Notes: a model not told the origin generated them from the letters alone. A stretch of 64,000 bases of DNA from Microbacteriaceae bacterium (GCA_036510655.1 DATCDQ010000008.1:5101-69100); one strand, 5' to 3'. Positions 1 to 9,498 are shown, counted from the stretch's first letter. Translations and numbers: made by a program.

Positions 1-610
1 CACGCTCGTCCGTTTGAGGCACGGGCGCTGCCCGGACCCATCTTCGTATACTCGGGGTGGTGCACCTGAATCGAAGCTTCGTCGCTGCGACCGCCACCAT
101 CCGGGGTGCCATCGGTGCTGTGCTCTGGTTCCTCAGCGGGCTTGCGATCTTCGCCGTTGCGTCACTTTCGATCCGCTGGGAGGCCGCCATTGCGCTCCTC
201 ATTCCGCCGACGGTTCCAGTTGGCACGTGCGTGGCAACAACTGGCGCCATGGAATCTGCTACTGCCGACGCTCGGCGCACTGCTGTTCGGCGGGCTTCTC
301 GGCCTTGCGTTGTGCGGGTTGCTCGGCTGGCGGCGCTGGCGCGACCGCGGTGACCCTTGCGCCCGGCGCTTCGGTCGGGGCCCACCTCGGCTGGGGCGCG
401 ACAGGCGCCGTGGACGATACGGCCCGCACACTCTGGGTGGCGGCATACCCGGGAGCGCAACGCACACAACTCGCGATCGACACGGACCTGGTCGATGATT
501 CGCGAGTCTCGGTCACGGCCTGGGCGGTGCCGCAGGCGTCGGGCTGACTCGGGTGCGCAGAGCCGGTGGTCGGGGCTGAGTCGCCGGCCGGCATCGAACG
601 ATGCTCTAAT

Positions 611-735
611 GGACGAGCGTTGTCGCATCGGACGAGCGTGCATGCCCAGGCAGGCACGCTCGTCCGTTTCTGGCACGCTCGTCCGTTTCAGGCATGTTTC
701 AGGCACGCTCGTCCGTTTCAGGCACGCTTGGTTTC
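611..735. repeat. Cluster of family-B repeats (core GGCACGCTCGTCCGTTTC)
   Basis: Direct copies at 653-670, 672-689 and 702-719. Partial copies at 691-700 and 721-735. Inverted half-sites GGACGAGCG lie within 611-642. CGGACGAGCGTGC-N12-GCACGCTCGTCCG forms a hairpin. A further copy sits at the window edge (1-17). Confidence 0.85.
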
Positions 736-748
736 GAAGCGGAGCCGG

Positions 749-1336
749 TTAACTTCGCGCTCGCAGTTCGCCCAACGCTGTGTGCAGCCGATCGCCGAAG
801 CGGTCGGGCAGCTGCGACGGCAGCGCATCGATCGGCCACCACGCGACGGCCTCGCTTTCGGCGCTGACTTCGGGTGTGGCATCCGCCTCGGCCAACGCGA
901 CATAGCCGACGTCCCAATGGGTCGCGCAACGACCGAAGGCCGCCGCCAGAGCATGTCGATTCAGGTCGTACGGCGTCGGGTTGGTGAGCTCGTCGTCAAT
1001 CAGCGTCAGCCCGGCGAGGCCACTCTCCTCGCGCGCCTCGCGCAGAGCGGCGGATGCGACCGACGCATCGTCCGCCTCGATGTGGCCGCCGAGCTGCACC
1101 CAGAACCGCCCCTTCTTGTGAAAGCAGAGCAGGGTGTGCGTAAGCTTCGGCGTGAACACGAAGCAACTCGCGGTCAGATGCTGTGGCCCGCCGTCACGGG
1201 CGAGAGCGGATGCGCCGCGCGCGTCGAGAAAGTCGAGATACTCGAGCCGTAGCTCGCGCTGTTCAGAAGCTACGGGCATCCACTCGGTCAACGCCGCAGC
1301 CAAGGTCTGTACTCGGAAGCCCGTGTCGATCGTCAC
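749..1336 (-). CDS. NUDIX hydrolase
   Basis: 195-aa ORF with Nudix box GGHIEADDASVASAALREAREESGL. Confidence 0.85.
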   Translation of the reverse strand: MTIDTGFRVQTLAAALTEWMPVASEQRELRLEYLDFLDARGASALARDGGPQHLTASCFVFTPKLTHTLLCFHKKGRFWVQLGGHIEADDASVASAALREAREESGLAGLTLIDDELTNPTPYDLNRHALAAAFGRCATHWDVGYVALAEADATPEVSAESEAVAWWPIDALPSQLPDRFGDRLHTALGELRARS

Positions 1337-1408
1337 GACTTCAGGCTAGCCGCGCACCCGCACGGGCAGTGGCGATGATGCCGTCGAGTGAGCTGTCCGC
1401 AGCGACGC

Positions 1409-2107
1409 TCAGTACACGAGCGGCACGAACTTCGCGGTGCGCTTGGCGTAGTCCGTGAACGGTTCCCCGTGGTGCTCGGCCAGGTGCTTGTCGAGCATCG
1501 GAATGTTGCCGAACACGAACAGGCACACCATCAGCCCCGGAATGATCAGCGCCCAGGCGCTTCCGGCAATGAACGCGAATCCGATGAACAGCATGCAGTC
1601 GCCGAAGTAGTTGATGTGCACTGCGTAGCGGAACAGACCGCCGGTGTACAGCTGGCCGACGTGCGCCGGGTCGGTCTTCCAGCGCTTGCGCAGATACTCC
1701 GACGCCGTATTCAGCACGGAACCGACCAGGTAGAGGACGATGCCAACTGCGGTCCCGATGCCCACGGCATCCGGATTGAGTGCACCGAGGGTCGCCATCG
1801 TGACATGGATGGCGATGATCCAGATTCCGACCCCGATCGCCTCACCGTATTTCACTTCGCGATTGACCATGACGAACGTCGTGGCGATGATGCGTGCGAG
1901 ATAGACGAATGAACATGCGACGAGCAGGATACGACGCGGGAGCGCAGCATCCGGAACGCTTGCCCCGAACCAACCCGCAATCACGGCCAGACCGCCGAAA
2001 AGCAGCCACGCACCGATCGCGACACCCAGCGCGTTAAGGCCGACCAGGACGAGCTTCGCGCCGATCGACGGCGTGCGTGTGCGGTACATCTCATTTCCTT
2101 CTTTCAC
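1409..2107 (-). CDS. Polytopic membrane methyltransferase-like protein (ICMT / DUF1295-like)
   Basis: 232-aa hydrophobic ORF. The C-terminal motif YAVHINYFGDCMLFIGFA...DKHLAEHHGEPFTDYAKRT is typical of isoprenylcysteine carboxyl methyltransferase-like proteins. It lies downstream of a TetR gene on the same strand. Confidence 0.6.
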   Translation of the reverse strand: MKEGNEMYRTRTPSIGAKLVLVGLNALGVAIGAWLLFGGLAVIAGWFGASVPDAALPRRILLVACSFVYLARIIATTFVMVNREVKYGEAIGVGIWIIAIHVTMATLGALNPDAVGIGTAVGIVLYLVGSVLNTASEYLRKRWKTDPAHVGQLYTGGLFRYAVHINYFGDCMLFIGFAFIAGSAWALIIPGLMVCLFVFGNIPMLDKHLAEHHGEPFTDYAKRTAKFVPLVY

Positions 2108-2147
2108 TTGTCTCGCGATCCAACTTTCACTTGCCCCGCGATCGGGG

Positions 2148-2840
2148 TCACAGCGGCACAGATGGAGCGGTCAGGCCGCCGCCGTAGACGGCCAGAAGCT
2201 CGCCGCCCCAGAGCGCCATGCCATCCGGCGACAGCGGATCCACCCGAAGAACCTCGTTCAATCGGCGATGCAGAATGATCACCGCCAGGTCATTAGCAAG
2301 GAGAACCGCAGCCCGTGCGTTCGGGTTCGCGCCGGGCGCCGCTGTTCCTGCCGCAACCATGCCGTCCAGGCCTGCGCGCGCCAGTTCGAACAGCTGCCGG
2401 AACAGCGTGCTCGCCGCCGCGCTCTCAGAAACCAGCATGCGCGCCAGATAATCCGGCATGGCGGAATCCGTCGGGAAGTACGCGGACATGGTCTGCGCCA
2501 GTGACGCGCTGTCGCGCGGGTCAGTGGGGGCAACGCTCGCCGGTTCGGCGCGCGTGACTTCGCTGATCATCCCCTCGAATTGGGCCAGCACGTGCGCGTC
2601 GACAGCCTCACGCAGGCCGTCTTTTGATCCGTAGTGCTGAATCACGAGCGCAGGCGACACGGATGCGGCTCCCGCGATATCCCGGACCGTCACCGCATCC
2701 GCACCACGCAGAGCGAACAGGCGCATGGCTTCATCACGAATAACTGCCTTGGCGGTGCGGTCCCCTCGTGCCGGGCGGCCCCCTCGAGTCGCGTGACCGG
2801 CGCGACCCTCGCCGGCGCCATCAATATTTTGTGAACCCAT
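2148..2840 (-). CDS. TetR family transcriptional regulator
   Basis: N-terminal HTH AVIRDEAMRLFALRGADAVTVRDIAGAASVSPALVIQHYGSKDGL. The start was chosen at MGSQNIDG (2840); the ORF is open to 2888. Confidence 0.8.
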   Translation of the reverse strand: MGSQNIDGAGEGRAGHATRGGRPARGDRTAKAVIRDEAMRLFALRGADAVTVRDIAGAASVSPALVIQHYGSKDGLREAVDAHVLAQFEGMISEVTRAEPASVAPTDPRDSASLAQTMSAYFPTDSAMPDYLARMLVSESAAASTLFRQLFELARAGLDGMVAAGTAAPGANPNARAAVLLANDLAVIILHRRLNEVLRVDPLSPDGMALWGGELLAVYGGGLTAPSVPL

Positions 2841-2850
2841 GTTTAGCATT

Positions 2851-2864
2851 ATAAACGGCTGTTT
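2851..2864. promoter_or_regulatory. Candidate TetR operator (imperfect palindrome TAAACGG/CTGTTTA)
   Basis: AT-rich patch directly upstream of the TetR start in otherwise GC-rich DNA. 6 of 7 positions are symmetric. Confidence 0.3.
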
Positions 2865-3150
2865 ACAACTGTGACAAGACTGTTCCACACCTTTGGCAAC
2901 AACGAGGCGGATCGGGCATCGCGCCGGGCAAATGACGGTGACCGTGGTTCCTCATTCAGGACCGGCGGCGCGATTTGCTGCAGTCCACGTCTTCAACCCC
3001 CGATCCAACCTGAATTCGGTACAGCGTGAACGGCTCCAAGGCCATTCCAGTAGCCGCCGCGGACAGTCACGGCAGCCAGTCGCGGCAGCGGTCGCAGCCA
3101 GTCACGGCTGCCGCCGCAGTTAGTCGCTGCGGCGAAGCGCGGCGCGGCGG

Positions 3151-3510
3151 TCAGTCGCGGTCGCGCATCCAGTGTTCGCGGAGGAACATCCGACCGAAGC
3201 GATCCGACAGCCGGGAACCGGTGAATTCTTCGGGATCGGCCTCGAACACGGCATCGCCGTCGGGCTTGGGCAGGTCGGCAGCGCGCTCATCCGTGATGCT
3301 GGTCTGCACGACTGCCGCGGTGATCATTGCAATTTGCGCGGCGTCAACGAAACGCAGGCCTGAGGCGGTCCTGAGCACGATACCGTCGAAGAGGTCGAGT
3401 TCTGGGTCCGCCAGCACGTGCTCGACGGTGCCCAGCTTGCTGCCCGACGCGCTGTCAACCGGGGTGCCCTTCGTCAAAGCCGTATACGCGATCGGGTCAT
3501 TGTCACTCAT
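3151..3510 (-). CDS. Hypothetical protein, PRC-barrel-like
   Basis: 119-aa ORF with good GC3. The pattern G.PV.SASGSKLGTVEHVL..P..D.FDGIVL resembles a PRC barrel. No firm family assignment. Confidence 0.5.
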   Translation of the reverse strand: MSDNDPIAYTALTKGTPVDSASGSKLGTVEHVLADPELDLFDGIVLRTASGLRFVDAAQIAMITAAVVQTSITDERAADLPKPDGDAVFEADPEEFTGSRLSDRFGRMFLREHWMRDRD

Positions 3511-3610
3511 GCGCTGCCTTCGCTGTCGAATCGGTTGGCTTATCCCAACCTAACGCCGCCGGGTTAGGGACGCGCCGAGAATTCCACGCTGTGTCCGGAC
3601 CGGGGCCGCT

Positions 3611-3686
3611 CGCCGGTGAAACACGGATGGCAGGTGAAACACGAATGGCCGGTGAAACACGGCTTGCCGGTGAAACACGGCTTGAC
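3611..3686. repeat. 4 x 18-bp tandem direct repeat (core GGTGAAACACG)
   Basis: Cores at 3615, 3633, 3651 and 3669 with an exact 18-bp period. Lies in the divergent spacer between the PRC-like gene and the pRiA4b-ORF3-like gene. Confidence 0.9.
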
Positions 3687-3898
3687 TCACGGGCGACACC
3701 GTCCCGCATTCAGGCTGGGCGGCGCGCATTGCCACGGTTCACAGCCACGGTTCACGAGTTCACGCTCGACTTCAACCTGAATTCGGCCCCGGTGGGCAGA
3801 ATGGGGCGCACAGTCCCGCCGACGACTACGGTTAATCGACTCCGTAGTTGACCCTGTGCACTGCGACCAGCGCACGCACTTCGACCCTTGTGAGCGAC

Positions 3899-5731
3899 AT
3901 GCCGAAAAAGAAGAAGAAACGAACCAGCGGCGCCAGCGGTGATCGAAACCGCCGGAACGGCGGCGGGACCCCCCTCGCGGCGGAGACGGCATTGCAACGA
4001 CGGTTCATCAGTTGGTACGAGCATCACGACGGGTTGGACGACGCGCATTTGTCGACGCCGGCCGTCTCGGCCTTGGTCGCGCGCCTTTTCGCGATGGTCC
4101 GGGAGCTGGGCCACGGTCGAACGCTCGCAGATCCGCGCCACACGACGCTGACGGCACTGCTCGACGCCATCGACGCGGAGGACGACGCTTTCACGCTGGC
4201 CGGCGATGCCGTCGACGTGTTGGGGCACTACCTCGACTTCCTCGATGACACCGATTCCTGGAACACCTCCGACGAAGAGTTTGACGCGAGTTACGCGATC
4301 CTCGACGATATTGACACTCCGGAATCCGGCGTCCTTCGCGAACTCATGGCCGCGCTCGACGAGGTGCCGGAGGTCTTTCCCTCCGACCAATTGAGGGCAA
4401 TGAACGCGCTCCCGATCGTCGACGGTGTTGACCGATTTCTTGCGTGGGTTGGAAGCAGCCGCACACTCACCTCCACCGGTGCGCTGCGACTCGTCGACAT
4501 CCAACCGGTTGCGGCGTTGATTGGCCTCGCTGCGGTCGGTCGCAAGAATGCGGAAGTCGAGAACGAGTTCGAGGCGCTCCTCACCGGCGCAGATCAGGCG
4601 CTGCACGGCGACCCTGCGACCACCAAGGCACCAATCGAGGTCGGCACGATGTGGGATCTCCCAGAACTCGCCGCGTGGTGGGTCACCCTGGACGACCTCA
4701 GCGTGATCGAGATCACGGCGACAACTGTGCGCCCCGGTCCCGCGGCTGCCGCCTGGCGGTCGACGGATGCGCCCGAGCACTTCACGCTGCGCACCGCATT
4801 CCTGCGGCTCTACGTGGGCTCGTGGTGGCAGCGCGAACTCGAGAGTGACGACCTCCTCGGGCCGCTGGCTGTCATCAACCTGATCGGACAACTGGCCGCC
4901 GCTGTCAGCCCGCACGTGTTGCCGGAGCTCAGCACGTCCGCACTGGCCGATATCTTCAGCGAATCCACCGACTTCGCCGGACTGGGCGTCGGCGCCGTCG
5001 GTGCTGGGCGATGTGCGATCGCGCTGCGCCATCTGTACGGAACCGGAATCCTCGTGAAACACGTCACGGCGGATGGCGCCGTTCGCTATGCGGTGCCCCC
5101 TGAACTGCGGCCCGTGGTCGCGGAGGCTCTGATCGAGGCGCAGACAGACCTGTTGGAGCCCGAGGACGACGAGCTGGATGACGAACTGCTCGACAGCCCG
5201 CACCCGACTGGCACGCTCCTGCAACTGAAGATCGCGCTGGTCGATGCGCGTCCCGTCGTCTGGCGTCGCATCCTCATCGAAGCGGATGCCACGCTCGGCG
5301 AATTGCACGAAGCCATTCAGCGCTCATTCCAGTGGAATGACAGCCACCTGCACCGTTTCACAGTGGACGACTGGTATTCAGGCGGTCCCACATTCGGACC
5401 CGTTCCTGACGGGGTCAGCAGTGGCGTGCTCGGCGGCGCCTTCGACGAGAATCTGATTGAGCTCGGAGCGCTGCTGCGCGAGCCGGCAGACGACCTTTTT
5501 TACATCTACGACTTCGGTGACGAGTGGCGGCACCTGATTCGGCTCGAGGAGCTCCGGCCGGCCGGCTTTGCAGACGCCCCGGCCTGCACCGACGGCCGCG
5601 GGGCAGCGCCGGACGAGGACTCGGGCGGCCCGAGCGGATGGGCGCAGCAGCTACGCAGTGATGCCGTCGCAGCCCGCTTCGATCGCGACGCGGTGAACGC
5701 GCGGCTGGCGCCGTTGCGCCGCATCCGCTGA
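3899..5731 (+). CDS. Plasmid pRiA4b ORF-3-like domain protein (large, unknown function)
   Basis: C-terminal LQLKIALVDARPVVWRRILIEADATLGELHEAIQRSFQWNDSHLHRF...YIYDFGDEWRHLIRLEE is the pRiA4b ORF-3 family signature. The start was chosen at MPKKKKKRT; the ORF is open from 3848. Confidence 0.75.
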   Translation: MPKKKKKRTSGASGDRNRRNGGGTPLAAETALQRRFISWYEHHDGLDDAHLSTPAVSALVARLFAMVRELGHGRTLADPRHTTLTALLDAIDAEDDAFTLAGDAVDVLGHYLDFLDDTDSWNTSDEEFDASYAILDDIDTPESGVLRELMAALDEVPEVFPSDQLRAMNALPIVDGVDRFLAWVGSSRTLTSTGALRLVDIQPVAALIGLAAVGRKNAEVENEFEALLTGADQALHGDPATTKAPIEVGTMWDLPELAAWWVTLDDLSVIEITATTVRPGPAAAAWRSTDAPEHFTLRTAFLRLYVGSWWQRELESDDLLGPLAVINLIGQLAAAVSPHVLPELSTSALADIFSESTDFAGLGVGAVGAGRCAIALRHLYGTGILVKHVTADGAVRYAVPPELRPVVAEALIEAQTDLLEPEDDELDDELLDSPHPTGTLLQLKIALVDARPVVWRRILIEADATLGELHEAIQRSFQWNDSHLHRFTVDDWYSGGPTFGPVPDGVSSGVLGGAFDENLIELGALLREPADDLFYIYDFGDEWRHLIRLEELRPAGFADAPACTDGRGAAPDEDSGGPSGWAQQLRSDAVAARFDRDAVNARLAPLRRIR

Positions 5732-5893
5732 GGGGCATCCGCCGACGGACATCCGCCAACCCGCATCCATCGACCGGCATCCGTCGAGCCTGGGCGGCGC
5801 TCGTGGCAAACCCTCAGCTGACGCAACCATCTGGTTGCACTCTGCTTGCTGTTATGCGAATATGTGATTGCACGTTAGCCGAAGGGAATATCG

Positions 5894-6382
5894 ATGACAG
5901 CGAATACCGACAGGATCGTGCGCGAGGTCACGATTGCGGCGAGTGCGCAGCGCGTCTGGGAACTGATCCGTGTTCCTGGTTGGTGGATCAACGAGGGCAC
6001 GATCGTCGAGGTCGCATATGACGCAACGAGTGATGTCAACGTGATCTGGCATCCGCAGTACGGTGGCTTTCGCGTCCAGACCGTCACGCTCGAGGAACCA
6101 TGGCACGCCGCGTTTCGCTGGCTCGCCGGCGAGGGCGAGGATGACGAGTCTGCAGGGGGCTCGACGTCGACCCTCGTCGAATTCTGGATTGACCCGCGGC
6201 CGGGTGGAGTCACTCTGCGCGTTGTGGAGAGCGGATTCGACTCACTGTCTGTCAATGACGAGCAACGGCGGAAGAATATCGATGGCAATACGGAGGGCTG
6301 GGAGATCGAGCTGGCCGCCGCAATCGACTGGGTCGAGCGGACCGAGCCGGCCAGGCGAAGCGAGCCGGCCAAGCGGGTATGA
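5894..6382 (+). CDS. SRPBCC / AHSA1-like domain protein
   Basis: 162 aa, VTIAASAQRVWELIRVPGWW. Overlaps by 4 nt with the downstream ArsR gene, which is the classic ArsR-SRPBCC pairing. Confidence 0.7.
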   Translation: MTANTDRIVREVTIAASAQRVWELIRVPGWWINEGTIVEVAYDATSDVNVIWHPQYGGFRVQTVTLEEPWHAAFRWLAGEGEDDESAGGSTSTLVEFWIDPRPGGVTLRVVESGFDSLSVNDEQRRKNIDGNTEGWEIELAAAIDWVERTEPARRSEPAKRV

Positions 6383-6738
6383 ATCTGGCAGCTCTCGCAA
6401 CGACAGCACCCGCCGCAACAGCGCCGGTCTTCGCAGCGCTCGGGGACGCGAACAGGCAACGACTGCTGTTCCTGCTGGTGCGTGACGGGCGGGCATCCGC
6501 CTCGTCGCTCGCGCCTTCGTTGGAGGTCTCCCGGCAAGCCGTGGACAAGCATCTGCGCGTGCTCGCGCGCGCCGGACTCGTCGAGTCCGCGCGTGCGGGC
6601 CGCGAGGTGCTCTATTCGGTCCGGCGCGAAGAACTCGAACGGTCGGCCGCGTGGCTGCGCGAACTCGCCGACGGCTGGGACACTCGGCTGGCGTCGATCA
6701 AAGCTGCAGCCGAGGCCATCGATCAGCATGAAACCTAA
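6379..6738 (+). CDS. ArsR/SmtB family transcriptional regulator
   Basis: VFAALGDANRQRLLFLLVRDGRASASSLAPSLEVSRQAVDKHLRVLARAGLV winged HTH. Confidence 0.85.
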   Translation: MNLAALATTAPAATAPVFAALGDANRQRLLFLLVRDGRASASSLAPSLEVSRQAVDKHLRVLARAGLVESARAGREVLYSVRREELERSAAWLRELADGWDTRLASIKAAAEAIDQHET

Positions 6739-6816
6739 AGAGCCCGGGGCCCCATGGGTCCCGGGCTCGCTGGAGCTCCCGCGATCTCGTCAGCCAGTGA
6801 TCTGGACGGCTGCGAT

Positions 6817-7461
6817 CTAGTCGGCCAGGATCAGGTAGAGGGCGCGGCGCGCCTCGTCGAGCTTCTCGATTGCGGCGGTGCGTTGCGCATCCGTCGCCGA
6901 GTGCCGCATTTGGTGCACGACCCCCATCAGCTTGCCGACGCTCGCGATGAACGCGGCATCCGCTTCAGTCGGGCCTGGGTTTGACTGCCAGGTGCGCGCG
7001 AGTTCGTCGGCGTTCTCCTCGACGTATTCGCGGCCCGCGTCGGACAGCTCGTACTCGGTGCGCTTACTGTCGCCGTTGGCGACAATCAGCTCCTCATCGA
7101 CGAGCTGTTGCAAGGTCGGGTAGACCGACCCGGGACTTGGGCGCCATGATCCGCCGGTCTTCTCGGCGATGGCCTTGATCAGGCCGTAACCGTTGGACGG
7201 CCCTTCTGCCAAGAGCGACAGGATGGCGGAGCGGATGTCGCCGCGATTTGCGCGGCGTCCTCCGCGCGGACCGAAACCACGAGGGCCAAAACCGCCAGGT
7301 CCGAAACCGCCGAAGCCAGGGCCGAACCCCGCGAAGCCGGCGAAGCCAGGGCCGAAGCCGGCAGCGCCCATTCCGTGGCCGCGCCCGTGGTGGCCTTCAG
7401 AGGGGTCGTGGTTGAATCGCCCGAACGGCGATCCGTGTTCTGAGTTGTGTGCGTCTTTCAT
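6817..7461 (-). CDS. PadR family transcriptional regulator with Gly/Phe/Pro-rich N-terminal low-complexity region
   Basis: ILSLLAEGPSNGYGLIKAIAEKTGGSWRPSPGSVYPTLQQLVDEELI. The N-terminal region carries GFGPGFAGFAGFGPGFGGFGPGGFGPRGFGPRGG. Confidence 0.85.
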   Translation of the reverse strand: MKDAHNSEHGSPFGRFNHDPSEGHHGRGHGMGAAGFGPGFAGFAGFGPGFGGFGPGGFGPRGFGPRGGRRANRGDIRSAILSLLAEGPSNGYGLIKAIAEKTGGSWRPSPGSVYPTLQQLVDEELIVANGDSKRTEYELSDAGREYVEENADELARTWQSNPGPTEADAAFIASVGKLMGVVHQMRHSATDAQRTAAIEKLDEARRALYLILAD

Positions 7462-7520
7462 CGTCGCAGTATCCTTTCATTGCTCCCCACATGGGAGCTA
7501 TCGCAGCAGTTCTGCGATGT

Positions 7521-7540
7521 GTCAAAGATATATCGTTGAC
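7521..7540. promoter_or_regulatory. Candidate PadR operator (GTCAAAGATATATCGTTGAC)
   Basis: 18/20 palindrome in an AT-rich patch about 60 nt upstream of the PadR start. GTGTCAAA recurs at 7547. Confidence 0.35.
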
Positions 7541-7679
7541 TATCGTGTGTCAAATGGTTTTCAGAAAACTCGCAGGTAAAGGGCTTCGGCCACAAGTCCC
7601 GGCTGCACGAACGTGCGGTATAGGGTGGCCCGCCGGCTTCGCTCAGGGAACGACTTCGGTCGCCGCCCGCCGGTTTCGC

Positions 7680-9371
7680 TCAGGGAACGAGTACCCGCCG
7701 CGAGCGCGCCCGCAGCCGGAGGGCGAAGAAGAAGCCGAGTGCCAGGAATCCGGATGCGGCGAGCAGTGACGCGCGCGACGCATCCGCCATGCCGTTGGAG
7801 AGTGCACTGGCGACGGCTGGTCCAGATGCGCCAAGCGTGCCGCGGTCGCCCTGCGCTCGGATCGGCGCGATCGTTCCGCCGGCGGAAAGTTGTGTCGAAT
7901 CCGACAGCTGCTGAGACACTGCGGGCGGCAGCCCGGGCACAGTGCCCAGTTGGGCGGGCACCGCCTGCGCCAGCCCGATGGCGAGCACGGCGCCGATCAA
8001 TGCCGTTCCGAGTGCTGCGCCGACCTGCCGCACGGTGCTCTGCGTGGCCGAGCCCTGGCCGGACTGCTCCGGCGGGATATCCCGCAGAACCGTTCCGGTC
8101 AGCTGGGCCGAGGCGAGGCCGAGCCCGAGCCCGTAGAACACCAGCAGTGCGGCGAGCAGCCACGGCGATCCGTGCGCACCAAGCGTCAGCGCGGTCGCTA
8201 TGACGCCAACCACCTCGATGCCGAGGCCGAGAAGAACGACGTTCGGCGCCCCCATCCGCTCGGACAGGTGCCGAGCCATCGATCCGGAGAAGAACGCGCC
8301 GACGCCCATAGCCGCCAGAACGAAGCCGGCACCGAGTGTAGTGAGCCCCATCGCATTGACGATGAACAACGGCAGCACGAACAGCAGGCCGAACTCGCCG
8401 ATCGCCACGCACAGTGCGGTCAGATTGCCCCAGGTGAAGGTCGGCACAGCGAACAGCTTGAGATCAAGGATGGCAGAGCGCCCATTGTGCCCGCGATGCC
8501 GTTCCCAGAGCACGAACAGCACGATCGCGGCGATGCCGATTGCGCCAATCACAGGTATCGGCGAAATCGGTGCAGTTTGCGGCCAGATCCAGCCGAAGAT
8601 GCGGAAGTCCGCCACCGATGCCCACCACCCGAGCGTGCGCCCCTCGATCATGGCGAAGACGAGCGCGCCGAAGCCGATCGCGCTCAGCAGCAGTCCGTCG
8701 ACATCGAGTCCGCGTGCGCGGATGACCGTCTTCGTCTCGGCGACGGTCAAATAGGTGCCGATGAGCACCAGCACGCCGAATGGAACGTTGACGATGAAGA
8801 TCCACTGCCAGGTGAACGCCGTGGTCAGCCAGCCGCCGATCAGCGGGCCGAACGCGGCCATGCCGGAGATCACGGCGCCCCAGACGCCGAACGCGACGGC
8901 CCGATCGCGGCCGCGGAACGTTGCATTCACGGTCGACAGAGTGGTCGGCAGAATCAGCGCGCCGCCGACGCCCTGCACCACGCGCGCCAGGATCAGTGCG
9001 CCAGCACTGCCGGAGAGCACGGCCAGCAGACTGCCGAGCATGAAGATGAGAACGCCGACCACGAGCATCCGTCGCCGGCCGAGGCGGTCACCAAGCCGGC
9101 CGGCGGTCAGCAACAGTGCCGCGAAAACGACGGAATAAATACCATTGACCCATTGAGCCTGGCTCAGGTCGAGTTTCAGGTCATCGATCAGCACGGGGAG
9201 AGCAACACCCACGATTGTGCCGTCGAGCACGATCATGGAAAGCGCCGCAGCCAGCACGCCCAGGCCGATCCAGCGACGCCGACCGGATGGCGCTGCGGCT
9301 GCCGCGGCTGCACCCGGAGCGCGCGCCGCTGCCGTCTCTGCTGCTTCCGTTTCCGCGCGCCCGTCCGTCAT
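7680..9371 (-). CDS. MFS transporter, DHA2 (EmrB/QacA-like, 14-TMS type)
   Basis: Long polytopic ORF with LGDRLGRRRMLVVGV motif A. The start was chosen at MTDGRAETE. Confidence 0.85.
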   Translation of the reverse strand: MTDGRAETEAAETAAARAPGAAAAAAAPSGRRRWIGLGVLAAALSMIVLDGTIVGVALPVLIDDLKLDLSQAQWVNGIYSVVFAALLLTAGRLGDRLGRRRMLVVGVLIFMLGSLLAVLSGSAGALILARVVQGVGGALILPTTLSTVNATFRGRDRAVAFGVWGAVISGMAAFGPLIGGWLTTAFTWQWIFIVNVPFGVLVLIGTYLTVAETKTVIRARGLDVDGLLLSAIGFGALVFAMIEGRTLGWWASVADFRIFGWIWPQTAPISPIPVIGAIGIAAIVLFVLWERHRGHNGRSAILDLKLFAVPTFTWGNLTALCVAIGEFGLLFVLPLFIVNAMGLTTLGAGFVLAAMGVGAFFSGSMARHLSERMGAPNVVLLGLGIEVVGVIATALTLGAHGSPWLLAALLVFYGLGLGLASAQLTGTVLRDIPPEQSGQGSATQSTVRQVGAALGTALIGAVLAIGLAQAVPAQLGTVPGLPPAVSQQLSDSTQLSAGGTIAPIRAQGDRGTLGASGPAVASALSNGMADASRASLLAASGFLALGFFFALRLRARSRRVLVP

Positions 9372-9498
9372 CGTTCGATCACCTTTCCATCTCCGAGAAT
9401 AGGGAACCGGCGAACGCTGTCGCATCGTTCAAAGGTTGGAATCACTATCGTTCACCGCACGGCGCGGCCGATCGCAGCGCGGCTCGACGAGCCAGACC

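Noticed and set aside
14-547. Coding-like signal at the window start. Three successive plus-strand frames each look protein-like over part of their length: frame of 57.. has a hydrophobic segment, frame of 106.. has LLLPTLGALLFGGLLGLALCGLLGWRRWR, and frame of 14.. has a C-terminal AVTLAPGASVGAHLGW...VTAWAVPQASG with high GC3.
   Set aside because: No single frame gives a convincing full-length protein and I recognise no family. High-GC DNA produces such patterns by chance. It may be a twice-frameshifted membrane-protein pseudogene bracketed by family-B repeats, but I cannot support a call. LPTLG is not a true LPXTG motif.
3040-3160. A run of CAGTC(A/G)CGGC-like low-complexity repeats between the TetR gene and the PRC-like gene.
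   Set aside because: The units are irregular, partly overlap the 3' end of the PRC-like CDS, and show no consistent period. This is probably simple GC-rich slippage sequence.
3611-3686. Whether the tandem repeats here, at 56653-56708 or at 611-735 could be CRISPR arrays.
   Set aside because: The units are 14-19 bp and directly abutting or separated by 7 nt. There are no spacer-sized unique sequences and no cas genes in the window.
3752-5308. Long antisense or shadow ORFs throughout the track. Examples: 3752-5308(-), 7890-9569(+), 19068-20633(+), 25855-27423(+), 30468-32135(+), 36630-37739(-), 47279-48295(-), 49828-50949(+), 55612-56634(+) and 56978-57949(+).
   Set aside because: Each lies opposite a gene with a clear family signature. 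Their translations are Arg/Pro/Gly/His-rich low-complexity sequence, typical of non-coding frames in high-GC genomes.
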